From positions 5,766,001 through 5,830,000 of the forward strand of contig OZ361256.1 in NCBI GenBank assembly GCA_977018835.1: DNA of 64,000 nucleotides, written 5' to 3'. Below are positions 1 to 11,752 of this stretch, piece by piece (the first letter of the stretch is position 1; each line of letters starts with the position of its first letter). The DNA is from Minutocellus sp. GHC0000111. Taxonomy: Eukaryota. The translations under genes were made by a program, and so were the position numbers. Under the pieces are notes generated by a model. That model saw nothing but the letters and a program-made list of their open reading frames with translations, was not told the DNA's origin and did no database searches.

Positions 1-2775
1 TAGAGAACCAATCCACCGCGAAGGGCAAGGATGATTTGGCCAGCGTCGTTACCAGCTGCCAACGTGATCTCTGACTCTGGTCGGTAAATGTCGAGAAGTG
101 AATCGCCAGCTTCTCCAGCGGCGTCGCCGCCTTCTTCGTCCATGGCAACGCTGGTGAGATTGACGAGCCGAACTTCCGAGTCGGTAACCTGGACGGCAAG
201 CGTATCTGATCCAGACGGAGCTGCATCATCCAAGGGGATGGGGCAGATGTTTCCAGCAAACAGGGTCGAGTGGTTGGAATCGAATCCAGGGATCAGCACT
301 TCCGCGAGGGTTGCGCCGCCCTCCTCCTCGTCATCTTCATCGTCACTCTCTTGCGATTCATCTTGGCTGACATCCTGGCTGGCACCGTCCATATCCATGC
401 TGCCCTCTTCGTCATCGTCATCGTCGTCATCCTCCTCGGCAGAAACCACTCCCAAGACTCTCGTCTCACCAACATAACTCTGAACGAGGTAGGCGTCCTC
501 GGCATCGTCACCGAATTTGGCCCGGAGGTTCCACATACCCTTGATGCCGGGCAGATGAATCGACGCCGATTCCGTCAGGCCGATGCCCGATCGGACCAAC
601 CGGACGGTACCCGACGTCCCAACGCCAGAGGCTGTGACGACCATGCACTGCCGATGGTTCTTCCGGGCCAATGCCGTACTGCTGGCTTTGTCTTCCGAAG
701 AGGACGAGCTCGACGAATCTTTGGGGATCACGTCAAAGTCCACAATCGGTCCGAGGTTAGTATATTCCTCGACGGTGCTGAGGTAGGTGGTGGGCTGGAC
801 CATGGACTCGTCCACGGGAACGGCGCCGCCGCCAATGGCCACAGGCTCGTCCAGGATGCGCAGGAGGGCCGAATCGCCCATGGCACTTCCAACAAAGACC
901 AATCCATTCGAGAGATAGGTGACCGTCGACGCCAGGGCCGGAGCCGGACCAAGTGTCTCCAAGTGGAGCGACGATACCTTGCCCGATTTGGACGAACGGA
1001 GGATGGTAAGAAGGTGGATGGAACCGTTCTCGGTCGCCAGGAGGTATCGGCCCGCGGCCACGACGGCGTCATTGCCACCACCACCGCTCTTGTTGGCTCC
1101 GCCCGAAGCCGAGCCGGCGGCATCGTCGTCCAACAGGATGGGATCGACGGCCAACACCAGAGCCTGGGCCATGGGCAACGTCTTGGCCGGTCCCTCGGCC
1201 GTATTGGCGTAGGTGATCTGCGTCTGACCAAAGATGAGGACGCCGCCCATCCCGCTGGTGCCGGAGGCGGGTGGGAAGAGGGCACCGCCACTAGCAGCAG
1301 ATGGATTGGCCGGCATCTTGGAATCGCCATCGTCGTCGTCCTCCATTTTGTCGCCGCCACCAAGGATGGCCTGGTTGGTCACACCGGCACCGGGGACCCG
1401 GGGAACATCGTACGATGCACCCGCCGTCGACGAGGGTGGTACCGGCACGACCAAGCCGCTCCCCCCGTCCACCTTGGACTTGCGCAACCGTTCGGCGTGC
1501 GGCGGTACCACCAATGCCGACTTGGGAGGTATGGCCGACGCCGTTCGGGCCTGCGGCTGTCCGGCCCTACCTGCACTACCGCCAGCACCTGCGGCACCGG
1601 CATCGCTCTGGGGCACCATGGTCCTTCTGCTCAGATCGATGCTATGCGCAATGACGTGCTGGTTGCGCTTGGCATCCTGGTGCAGCAAACACAACTGGGG
1701 CATGACACCGGCATCGGCCACGTGCAAAAAGGATAACGACAGGACGGTCCGTTCCTCGATCCGAATATTGAACGGGTTGCCCAGGAGGTTGGAGGCAGAT
1801 CCCCGCAGAGCCGAGGCGGGCATCTTCCCGCCGCCATCGGCATTCCTGCTCGAGCTGGCAGCCGCCAGACAAGCCTTGGGATCGTAATTGGGATTGAGCG
1901 GCAATATGGTGACAAATCCATCGTACAAATGCACGGCGATGCACCGTCCCATGGGATCAATGGCCGCCAGTGGGCCCGTCTCGCTCTCCCTCCCGAGGAC
2001 GCTGGCACCGTAATCGGCCAACGGGCCGTGCGCATGGTTGAAGATGCGGTAGGGGGAGTCCAACGCCAGACTGTCGGCACCGTCGGCCGAGGGGTCGTAT
2101 CCGATGATGCCGAACTGCTTGCGATCGGTGGTGAAGAAGAGGTAGTCGCCGGTGGTGGAGCGGGGATGACGAAAGGGGAGGAGGGTCGTGAGGCGGCCGT
2201 TGATGGGCACGCTCAGGAGGAGGGGGAACGAGGAGGATGATGAGGAGGAGTCATCGTCGGGAGAAGAGATGGAAGGGGAAGGTTTGTACTGACGAATCTC
2301 GAGGCGGCGGGCCTTGACGATGGCCAGGTCCTGATCATATTGGTGGATGAGGGCGTTGTGTTTGTGCGAGTTGGTGCATTCAAATTTTGAATGAGGGAGT
2401 TTTGGCGCGCAAATAAATGAAAGCAGCATAAGGTGTGTCGTTAGCAACAAAAGATACGTGCCATTTGGGTGCAGACAATAAACAAAGTAGCATTGTGCGC
2501 ATATCAAATGGCCCGATAAGTGGCAAGGGCCAGGAGGATATCATTTGATAACCTCCACGCTGCCTCTTCCCGCCATAATTCAAATGATGCAAGCCGACCC
2601 GGCGCGCCCGCCACAACAACTGTATCTGCAAACATACCTGAGTATCGGGTCCGAGGAAGGAACAACGAGCGGTGAGATGGACGGCACCCGGTCGATGGTT
2701 CGTCACGACGTAGTGCGCCGCCTCGCAATCATGTGGATCGACGCCACTAGCGGTACCGGTGGGGTCGGTTCCCAT
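1..2775 (-). CDS. DDB1: DNA damage-binding protein 1 (CUL4 adaptor, beta-propeller); 3' part runs off the window
   Basis: Exon 1 is 2775-2638 (…AHYVVTNHRPGAVHLTARCSFLGPDTQ), followed by a GT-AG intron at 2637-2331. Exon 2 reads DLAIVKARRLEIRQ…IDPMGRCIAVHLYDGFVTILPL…NPFNIRIEER, matching the DDB1 N-terminus (YVVTA…NLLIAKNTRLEIY; IDPECRMIGLRLYDG; AFNIRLEE). The + ORF 270-1736 is its antisense shadow. Confidence 0.9.
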
Positions 2776-2934
2776 CGTGCCAGTATGAAATGAGGATGTC
2801 GGGCGCAGGAGATTTGGTCCCGCATTTTTGCTAGATAGTGGTCACAGTGTCAAAGATTAGTGGCTGTTCTGAAATTTTTGAAGCGCAACCTCTGCAGACT
2901 CTGCAGCATCCAGCTACGTGCTAGTACGCCTAGT

Positions 2935-3900
2935 TCGTGGGTGGAAAACAGGCCCTCGACGACCAGACCAGCGCAACTGCGTCCATGCCGTCAACGCGCT
3001 TCTTTTTCTCGTCCAGCCAGATTCCGCCACCAATGCAAAGGGCACCTGTCACGTTGCCAATGAATGAGAAAGTCACACTTGACGCGTGCAGGGTCGAGTT
3101 TCGCACCAAGCAAGACCAAGAGCCGTGTCTGACTTGACTGGTGGTGGAGCCCAACGCTGGTGTCAGTTCGAGGCGACTTCCCCTCTCACCCTTCTATGTG
3201 CGCACTGGCCACCCTTTTCCAACGTGTTGGTGGAGCCAGGCCAATGACGGCCATCATCATCACTGACACGTCTTTTCACTGCTACGAGGACATTTGCATG
3301 ACGGACAGACCGTTTTGCTAACTTCGCCGCGGGAGCTAAAAGTGCGTGGCACACTTCGCCACTTGCTTGAAGAAAAAAAGATAAAAGTTTTCATGACTGA
3401 CTGAAGAAGACAAAAGACAAAGAGCGATCATCACTCTCACACTTCATCTCTCACCAGAGCTGAATGTTTTGTGCAACAACTAATTTGTGCTCTGCCCCAC
3501 AAGCAAGCCATCCAAGACACCTCAATTAACCCCAAGGCAACCAAGTGAAGGTCTTGAATCTGGGCTTTCGATCGATGGTCGCGGGGCCGACCAATTCGTC
3601 GGCGAAATTGAGAGAGAGAGGTGTGGAAGCGGTCGTCGACGAGCTGCCACGACCCACCGCAACCGGGAGCCATGGAACCGGGGGTCGACGTTGTGCAGCA
3701 TGGAGAAGATGTGTGGAATGATGTGATGTCATCAGGCGACAGTGAAGATGTTGGCGACTCGGCCGACGAAAGTTCACATGCATTTCTGTTGCCTTTTTTT
3801 AGACCCCCTGCCTCCCTGCTGCTTCAACAAAAATTCCATGTTGGTCCCGGCGAATTTTCTTCACCGGCGTCCACCCGTCGTCCGTCTTCCTCCTGCCCGA
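2935..3900. mobile_element. Degenerate non-coding tract, probable transposon relic, TpA-depleted
   Basis: No credible ORF. About 8 TpA in ~960 nt by eye, with none in 2941-3194. Composition matches the 26.1-28.4 kb tract. The TE identity is inferred. Confidence 0.35.
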
Positions 3901-3938
3901 AACTCGCGGAAACTGAACACCCCAACACATCCTCGACG

Positions 3939-4601
3939 ATGGCGGCCGAGGGCACCACCGCCGCCGCTGCCACCGCCGGCGAGGGCGGGAAGGCTCTTCA
4001 CGAGCTGTATCCTGCCAATGCCTACATGGAACTCACCCTCTCCGCCGAATCGGGCGGGGAGAAGGTATCCGGCATCTTCCACTGCACCGACGAGATCAGC
4101 AACACGGTCGTTCTGCGGAGCAGTTTGGTCTACACGACGTTGAGCAGCCAGATTCGTTTTGTCGGTGCGGCTACCATCGCGGAGAGCAAGGTGATTCGCA
4201 AGGCCGGTGAGGAGGGCGGCGAGGCGGCGGCCGAGGGAGAGGCCGGTCCTACCGCCGCCGACATTGAGGAGATGTCCCGCCCCCTCCCCCCACCGCCGAC
4301 CAAGAAGGCCCTCGAGGAGCGGGAGAAGCGCGCCCTCAAGACGGCCATGGAGCATATGAAGCATATCAATGATTCGGCCACCCCCCTCGGTCAGGCGACG
4401 TTCGACAAGCTCCTCAAGGCGTGCAACTCGGTAGAGTGGGTCGACGGCACGGCCATTGTGGTCTTGGGCGAGGTGCGGGTCGACGAGCCGTACGGTCCCG
4501 AGGATTGCGTCCTAATCCGACCGGGCAAGACGGAGCGGGAACGGAACCTGGCCATGGACAGTCTGAACCGAGTCAAGAAGATTATCGCTCACAAGGGTTG
4601 A
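3939..4601 (+). CDS. LSM12: LSM12-like protein (Lsm N-terminus plus anticodon-binding AD domain)
   Basis: ATG at 3939. The C-terminal TPLGQATFDKLLKAC…WVDGTAIVVLGEVRVDEPYGPEDC…LNRVKKII matches the AD domain. Confidence 0.8.
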   Translation: MAAEGTTAAAATAGEGGKALHELYPANAYMELTLSAESGGEKVSGIFHCTDEISNTVVLRSSLVYTTLSSQIRFVGAATIAESKVIRKAGEEGGEAAAEGEAGPTAADIEEMSRPLPPPPTKKALEEREKRALKTAMEHMKHINDSATPLGQATFDKLLKACNSVEWVDGTAIVVLGEVRVDEPYGPEDCVLIRPGKTERERNLAMDSLNRVKKIIAHKG

Positions 4602-4896
4602 GTGGTGATTTAGGTCTTGGATTGGACTGCACGGTCGTCGGTCGGCTTTGTACCTGGCTCTACTGTGTCGGAGGTTATTTATAATTTATAGCCACGGCCG
4701 AGAGGAGTGGCTGCAGGTGACCCAATAGTTGAGAGTAAATTGCCGGCCGAATTCTATTCTGTCGTAAAGGGATACACTTTAACCGTTCTACTAGAATAGA
4801 TTACCCATGTATATATCTTCAGCTTATATTATGAATAATATATATAGGAATTCCTATTACCAAAAGGAGGATATTGCATTCAAAGACCATCCAGTT

Positions 4897-6323
4897 CTAC
4901 TTCTGTGCTACATGCTTGAATGTGCAGTTCGGATCCTCACAATATCCCAGCAACCTAAAGCTCGAACAGATAGCCGCCCGCGGATCGACCTTGACATGTG
5001 CGAACGGACATTCGTCCCCCTTGCGACATTGCCCGTGGCGCTGGAAGAAGGAACATAGTGGCCGGGCGCATTCCGGTGGCACGTCATGACGCTTCCGGCA
5101 GTATTCGTTGTTGCAATTGATCCCCCTAGCAAAGGTTGGGCATATCTTGGAGGTGCTTTGGAGTTCAGACTTGACCCGAACGAGGCCCATGTTACCACTG
5201 GAAATATTTGTATTTCCCCGGCCTCTTCCACGACTGTGCCCCCTACCACGACCTCGTCCTGCGGCCCCTGTTTCGCGATATGCAAATGCAGTTAGGGAGG
5301 CACCATCTCGCTTTGCTTGCCCCTCAGGCATATCAGTATCATTGTCTTCGGTGCCATTTCCATCGTTTAGATATGTAGAGTCAGCACTACCTTTGTCCAA
5401 TCGAATTCGCTTGGCAGCTGGCGCCTTCGTCACCGGACGATTTGTATTTATACCCATTTTCCCGTGCCTCGGTGGTGGAGGCTGTTGCTTCGGCTGACCT
5501 GTTCGCTTGTCATTCGCGTTATATTCGTCATTTTTCCTTCTCCACACCTTGCTTCCACCAGCGGGCTTTGGGCTCCCTTGAGTATTGGTTTCTGTTTCTT
5601 TGGTGGGTAATCCAGTACATTCCTTCGTAGTGAATCAATTTTCGCCATGTCCACTTCAACTGAAGCATTCGATTCGATATTGTCGTAGTCTTTGTTCGGC
5701 TTTGATATCTTCGGCTGCGGGCTTTTCTTTGGACGCTTCTTCGGCGGTTGGTCAAGTTTCGCTTTTTCCAATAGAGCCTTCGATTTGCTTGTGCCATCAG
5801 TATTGTTTCCATCGATTGCGTCAGTCGACACGGTTTTGTTCTGAGGCGGTACCATCGGTTCCTCTTTGTCGTTGGCATTGTCTTCGATCGATGCCAAAGC
5901 GAGGTCTACAGCAGATACCGCTTTCTCTGTCTTTTTGGCATCTTTCTTCTGTACTGTATTGTCATCTTTCGGTCGCACCCAGCTATTGCTCGAAGCAAAG
6001 GTACCAGCTGAATTCGTCGTCGATGGTTGGCCTCGTCTCCAACTGTTACTCCCAGCACTGACACCTTTGGCGCTTCCCCGACCACGACCACGTCGCGACA
6101 TGTGGCCTGGCGAACTGACCATGACCTTGCCAGATCCACGCCCACTGTGGATCGTCCCTCGGCCTCGTCCCCTGCCTCGGCCTCGGGCAGAATATGGCCC
6201 ACGACCGCCGAAGGAGAGGATGGGACGGTGGGCTGACGCCGCTGGTACGGGGGCTGGGTGGTCACCTAAAGACGAAGCATCGGCCGAAGACTTGGAGGGC
6301 GCTCCGTCTACTGTATTGGGCAT
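4897..6323 (-). CDS. CCCH zinc-finger protein, ZC3H3-like, with RG-rich N-terminus; one frameshift at ~5550-5635
   Basis: Three C-terminal CCCH fingers (CPTFARGINC…C…H; CSFFQRHGQC…CPFAH; CSSFRLLGYC…CTFKH). ORFs 5448-6323 and 4897-5547 overlap in different frames and share RGRGRG and (N/K)xWRR motifs. Confidence 0.7.
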
Positions 6324-6611
6324 CTTTTCATTCCCTAATACTTGTCATCTCGTCGGTATCTTCATCACCTCACTGGCGATGGCAGTGGCTGGTCACAGTC
6401 ATCTTGTGTTGACTGGTTTTTTCAAATCTGTTCCTGCCTGTCCGTCAACCGTGCCATTGTGATGCCCTTGTGACGTGCCAGAAAGCCTCCTCCAGTGACG
6501 TGTTGGCCCGGTTTCTGACTGGATCTCCAGCGCCTGGCCTCCAGTTTTGATGCAATCATATTCCATGCCCTGTTGCTCCACAAACGTGAACCAATTCATA
6601 ATAATATAATT

Positions 6612-7298
6612 ATGTACAAGTCCAGCATCGCTCTCCTCGTGGCTCTCGCCGGCATCCAGAATGCCGGTGCCTACTCGGTCGAAAAGAGCCCCAGCGTCTC
6701 TCGCCGAGAATCCTTTGCCCGAGTAGCCAGCACCTTTGGTGGCATCGCGGGCATTGCCGCCTCGGCCGGCGTCCTTCCGGCCAACGCTCTGCCATCAGAG
6801 GAGACGCCCCGCGTTACCACCCGCATGGGCGGTCTGCTCGAGCGGTATCAGGATCAGCGCGGTTGGGTCATCCTGGCCCCCAGTGGATGGAACAAGTTCG
6901 AGGGCGAGGTCGGCGCGTACGACGTCAAGTGGCAGGATCTGGTCGATCCCAAGGAGAACATCAAGGTTTCGTCCACTCCTGTGAAGAGTACCACTACCAG
7001 CATTTCCGCTCTGTTGGGTGAGGGTGAGAATGCTTTGAGTGGTGTCGAGGAATTGGGAAAGAAGTTGGCCGCCAAGCGGAATGCCAAGTTGGTGGCGGCA
7101 TCGGAGCGATTGACCGACGACGTGCTGTTCTATGAATTTGACTTTGCCTTGGATGATGGTACCCACCAGTTACTCAGTTTGAGCGTCAGCAAGGGCAAGA
7201 TTTGGAGTTTGGATGCCAACACCACCGAGAAGCGCTGGAGCAAGAGGGAGGAGATGTATAAGAATGTCCTCGGCAGCTTTATGCCCAAGTTGAGCTAA
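6612..7298 (+). CDS. PsbP-domain thylakoid lumen protein
   Basis: Signal peptide MYKSSIALLVALAGIQNAGA-Y, twin-arginine motif SRRESF, hydrophobic stretch and AxA (ANA). This is followed by a PsbP-like fold (Y.D..GW.ILAPSGWNK…LSVSKGKIWSL…RWSK…VLGSF). Confidence 0.8.
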   Translation: MYKSSIALLVALAGIQNAGAYSVEKSPSVSRRESFARVASTFGGIAGIAASAGVLPANALPSEETPRVTTRMGGLLERYQDQRGWVILAPSGWNKFEGEVGAYDVKWQDLVDPKENIKVSSTPVKSTTTSISALLGEGENALSGVEELGKKLAAKRNAKLVAASERLTDDVLFYEFDFALDDGTHQLLSLSVSKGKIWSLDANTTEKRWSKREEMYKNVLGSFMPKLS

Positions 7299-7410
7299 AA
7301 AACGATTATTGCAAATTCGATATTTCATCGGAGTAAAGGGCGGACGTCGATTGCATATTCTTTGTCTAATTTCTGATTTAGAAAATGACAAGATCTTCGC
7401 GAGTGTTGGC

Positions 7411-9067
7411 TCGCAAAATATATTTGGGCACTGCGCTACAATGAGCTAATGATAATAATACCCAGTTGTATTACAACGTAATTGATTCTCTATGATAACT
7501 GTCCAGGGCAATGTAATACAGCATAGCCCTACTTGGTAAACAAATTGCCCATCATCGCTTTCCCACGTGGCAGCGGTTTGATCTTCTGGGCACGGCTACT
7601 ACTGCCATCGCAATAAGTTACCTTTTCAACCTCTTCGCGACGCTTCTCCGATAATTTCTTATAACCTTCCACAAGCAGAGGGTGAATGGTGCCGTTTGCA
7701 GCGCTAGCGGCAGGTTTTGAAGGCAATGTTTCAACTTCCTCGCCACCGCTATCATCGCCCTCGTTGGCTTCGCCACTTGGCTTTGTATCTCCATCCAACA
7801 TCAATTCCTTCAGCAGCTCATCCTTTCGAGCTTGGGCGGCCTTCATCTTTCGTTTCTCTTCAGCAAGATCCTCCAATAGATTGGCGCATACCTCTTCATT
7901 CGTTTCTATATCGTGCCTACGCAATGCATTCTTCTTTTCGAGATCGACAGCTGTCAGAGAATCTTCCACGGTTACATATCGCAAAGGCACCTGAGCGAAC
8001 GATGAAGTGATGCGTGTATTGGGATGACATGTGCGATGTATAAGATATCTGTTTCACATAATACGATATATGAACACAAAGTCATTTTAAAAGACGCACC
8101 TTGACTTCCGCCATCTTGCGTCGAACTTCGGAAACGATCTCTGATACGTGAGACCTGGATCGAACCTGGACACGCCTTGCCTCTTCCTGCAATCAATTGC
8201 ATTTGTGTATGGTGGACGAAGGAGCAATACTATTAGAATGAAGTGCAGAGAAGGTTGTAAATGATGTCAATAAATTCTCCAAGCATACCTTTTCGGAGGC
8301 ATCCATCAGTTCCGATGCAACACTCGAAATTGTTTTGCCGGTCTCATCTTGGATGACGTCCACAACGAAACGCAAGGCGCTGGTGTTGACCCGCTTGCGA
8401 CCGGTGTTGTCGTTCTGAAAGAGAAGAGCTTCGCCACCATGTGTGGCGAGCTCATGAACGGGGCTGCTCCTCCTTCTTTTGCGGCCGGTTGTGGGCCTAC
8501 TGGACATTGCTCCTGGTATTTCTGAGTTTCCGGTATGGACGGCAGACCCACGAAACGGAATGATTGAGAGCGCTGCACTGATGATTCTCATTCATTTCAT
8601 TCTGCAATTCGCGCCAAATAATACACGCAAATAAAGTAACCCGGACGTGATGACGACCCGTCGCCTGCGGAGGCGGCGGCGGCCGAGGCACTCGACTGCC
8701 TTTGAGGCACGATAAGGGCGCGGCGGATAAGATCTACATACCGTATGCAGTATCTCTACCGATACGTAGCTAGCTAGCGGCATCTTGATTTGTGCTATCT
8801 AATCGGCTGGCAAGCTGAGCACAATGGCCCATAGCTTTTGCTTCAGCAATTGCTGCCGCTGCGTGGACGAAATCTCAGTTGATGAAACCCATCAAAAGAT
8901 CTCAATGTGCACTAGTAGATCTACACATACATGTGTATAGCTACGTAGATTGAAGTTTACCTCTAGATCTAGATCTAAGACACAAGCTGCGCCGTGGAAC
9001 GGCCTACGTACTCCCTTTCAATCTAGCTTGTATTTTTAAACCATTTTGAATTAAATATGTATTTTAG
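7411..9067. repeat. Copy 1 of a 1657-nt direct duplication (copy 2 at 14759-16415)
   Basis: Sequence and ORF track are identical at an offset of 7348 nt. Confidence 0.95.
7529..8507 (-). CDS. Hypothetical coiled-coil protein, 3 exons
   Basis: Exons 8507-8289, 8186-8100 and 7990-7529 are joined by GT-AG introns in phase 0, giving MSSRPTTGRKRRRSS…ASEK|EEARRV…MAEVK|VPLRYV…NLFTK*. Confidence 0.65.
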
Positions 9068-9119
9068 ATTGCCCCATGTTAGAATTCAACGGTAAGAATA
9101 TACCTCGGTAAGCTCAAAG

Positions 9120-11540
9120 CTAAATCTCATCGGCATCCTCTCCTTCATTTTCAGCATTTGCGTCAGCTTTCGAATGGTTCTCATCACCATCATCTCCGTC
9201 GCCATCTTCTTCCATCGGCTTACCGTCCACGTCGGCATCAGCATCGGCATCGGCATCACTATCAGCCGAAGTTTTTTGCTTGGTATCACTGTGCTTGCAG
9301 GCATCATACATCTTCAGGGCATCTCTCAAATCTTTCTCGTCGAAATCTTCACGATCTCCGTCGTCGTATTCAATGCTCCAATAGACCACATTATCATCTT
9401 CTTCATCCCTGTCGAAGCCGGTGATTGTGCCAAAAAAAGTTTAACACCTTCGTTACCAACTCCAAAATCCTTGGCGACTCTCAGTTTGACAAATTGACCA
9501 GGATTCGCGGTGTAGTCAACCTTTGGCTTCTTCTGCTTCGCTGCTTGCTTTGGCTTCTTGTTGGATCTATTGTTCTTGGGAACCGGCATCTTAGGTTTGG
9601 GCGATCTGGCAGCTTTACCGGCGGCATCGTCATCACTATCAGTATCGGCATCCGCATCGGCATTGCGCTTCTTGCTTCGACTCTGCGGCTTGCTCTTACC
9701 TTTTTCGGCCTTTGCCTTCTTGTTCTTTCCCTTCTCGTTGCCCTTCTCTTCGTCGCTTTGTTCGAGCCTTTTGTAAGTTTTGAGGAGCTCTGGTGAACAG
9801 GTGTCGGGATTATGATGGAGGCGGATGAGTAAAAATTGAGTGTGTGAAATCAACGAGAAAAGCAGACGGGGAACACATTATATATACAACATTACTTACC
9901 GTCCAATTCTTCAATCTCTGCATCTTCTTCGTCGCCGTCATCGAATTCAATGTGAAAGAGCACGGTGTGTTCTCCTTTGTCACCTTCTCCTTTGAAGACC
10001 TTGCTGATGGTACCCTTGTAGTAATGCGAGCCATTAGCATCGGCATTCTTGAACCACTTGGCAACACGCCTTCCAACGTAAAGCTGGTTCACATCTTCCT
10101 TCTCCTTGTCCTCTCCCTTCAAGAAGCGCTCCTTGTCCTCGACATTCCATTTCTCCCGAATGCGATCCATGAGGGCTGCTTGAATACCGTAGTGAATCAC
10201 ATACTTGGACAGAATCACATTGAAGCCCCTGGCGCAAATGGGACTCCTCCCCTCAAGGATACCACTGTAATCCGATTGGATGAGATGGGAAATCAGATCT
10301 CCGTCGCCACCGGTAACAATCACGGTACGCTCAGTGTTCTCGGCTGCTCCCTTGACAAAGTTCATCTTGCCGTTCTTGCGACCACTACCACCACCGCGAC
10401 CTCGAGCCTGCTTGGCCGCCTCTATTTCATCGGGTCCCACCAGCTCCAACCAGTTCTTGATCACATTCCGGCAGGCATGGGCGGTCTCGTTCATAATCTG
10501 TCCCATCATGGCCTCCTTGGTATTGGACGCAAAGATCGGCAGGGGCTTCGCCTTGTTGGCCATGGCATCGTTCATGCGCTTGACAAAATCTCGGGGTGGG
10601 ATGTCCGGCAGTGCCTCGCACCCTTCTCCCAGCGCTTTCACCTTGAGGGCCACGCCGGGCCCGATGCCACCACCGATAATGTGCCCTTCGGCGTCGGCCG
10701 CGGTATACGTCGTGGCGGTACCACCGTCAAAGACCAGGGCGGGGTAGCCCCACTGCTCACCGGCACCGCGCAACGTGGCAAGGCGATCAACGCCCATGCC
10801 ATTGTACCGACCATCCTTGGCGCTGTAGAAGTCCTCACCCTCCAGCTGAAAGAGTCGGCAGGGGATGTCGGACCACAGCCTGGCCAGATACTGGAGCTGA
10901 TCGAGGTTGGTGCTAATGAGGTAGATGGAGAACAGCCGGGCGGCCTCGGGACGCTTTTGGCTGGTCGCAACGGCAGCCTCGGCGGTGCCGTTCTCGGAGA
11001 TGCCAAAGATGACGTCGTGGGCGTACTTGGGCATGTGACGGCTGAGGGCCTCGGCGGTGCTTTCCACGTCGAGGTCGTTGGTGGTCAAGTGAGGGGTTCG
11101 CCAGACTGCGATAAATAAATAATTGGTTTGGCAGACAATGAAAGTGAAGTATGTTGGTGGTGAGAGATGGGTTATAATCATGTGAGTGATATATTTTCGA
11201 TCCCTCGGCATTCAAAAACAGGAGTACATGAAAATCACAAGATATGCCGCAGTAATGGTGCGACGATCCAAAAGACCGCATTAAAAAAAAAACAGCCCAA
11301 ACACTCACACAGATTGGGATTCAAATTCTCCCCCCGGGCGTCGTTGTGAAGGGCCCAGTGCAGGTGGGAGTTGCCGCACACGATGCTCATAATGTGCGCC
11401 TCCTCGTCGGAGGGGAGGGCCTCCGGCCAGGTGGCCACTGGCACTTTGATGGGACGATCGGCGGTGCTACCGGCGGGCTCGGGCGTGTTGGCACGATCTT
11501 CGCCGAGGGGGGTCGGGGTGGCCTCGCCGTTGGAGGTCAT
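9120..11540 (-). CDS. coaX: Type III pantothenate kinase (CoaX-like) fused to two C-terminal Tudor-like domains
   Basis: Exons are 11540-11309, 11105-9900 and 9789-9120, with a frameshift in an A7 run at ~9432-9438. CoaX motifs: IVCGNSHLHWA, GMGVDRLA, VFDGGTATTY…GGGIGPG, VIVTGGDG. Two repeats follow the pattern R-V-A-K-x-F…GTI…IE(F/Y)DDGDxED. Confidence 0.85.
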
Positions 11541-11752
11541 GGTGAGGGTCTTTTGGGGGGTAGATGTGAGGGGTGGATAGGTACAGGGCGCTCTCTGGAC
11601 CAGCTGTCGCTGGGCGGGATAGACCTCAAGATGATACCTCAAGAAGATGTTGTGGCGGGCGCGGAATAATAGGGATGGCCCATAACAAAATCCCCGATAC
11701 ATAACACGAACTGGCACACACAGTGCTGCACGCACAGCGTCAAATTTCCGCC

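Noticed and set aside
270..1736. 488-aa + strand ORF, and similar long ORFs at 9844-11118, 33950-35149, 50851-52035 and 52691-55291
   Set aside because: These are antisense shadows of codon-biased real genes on the opposite strand and carry no recognisable motifs.
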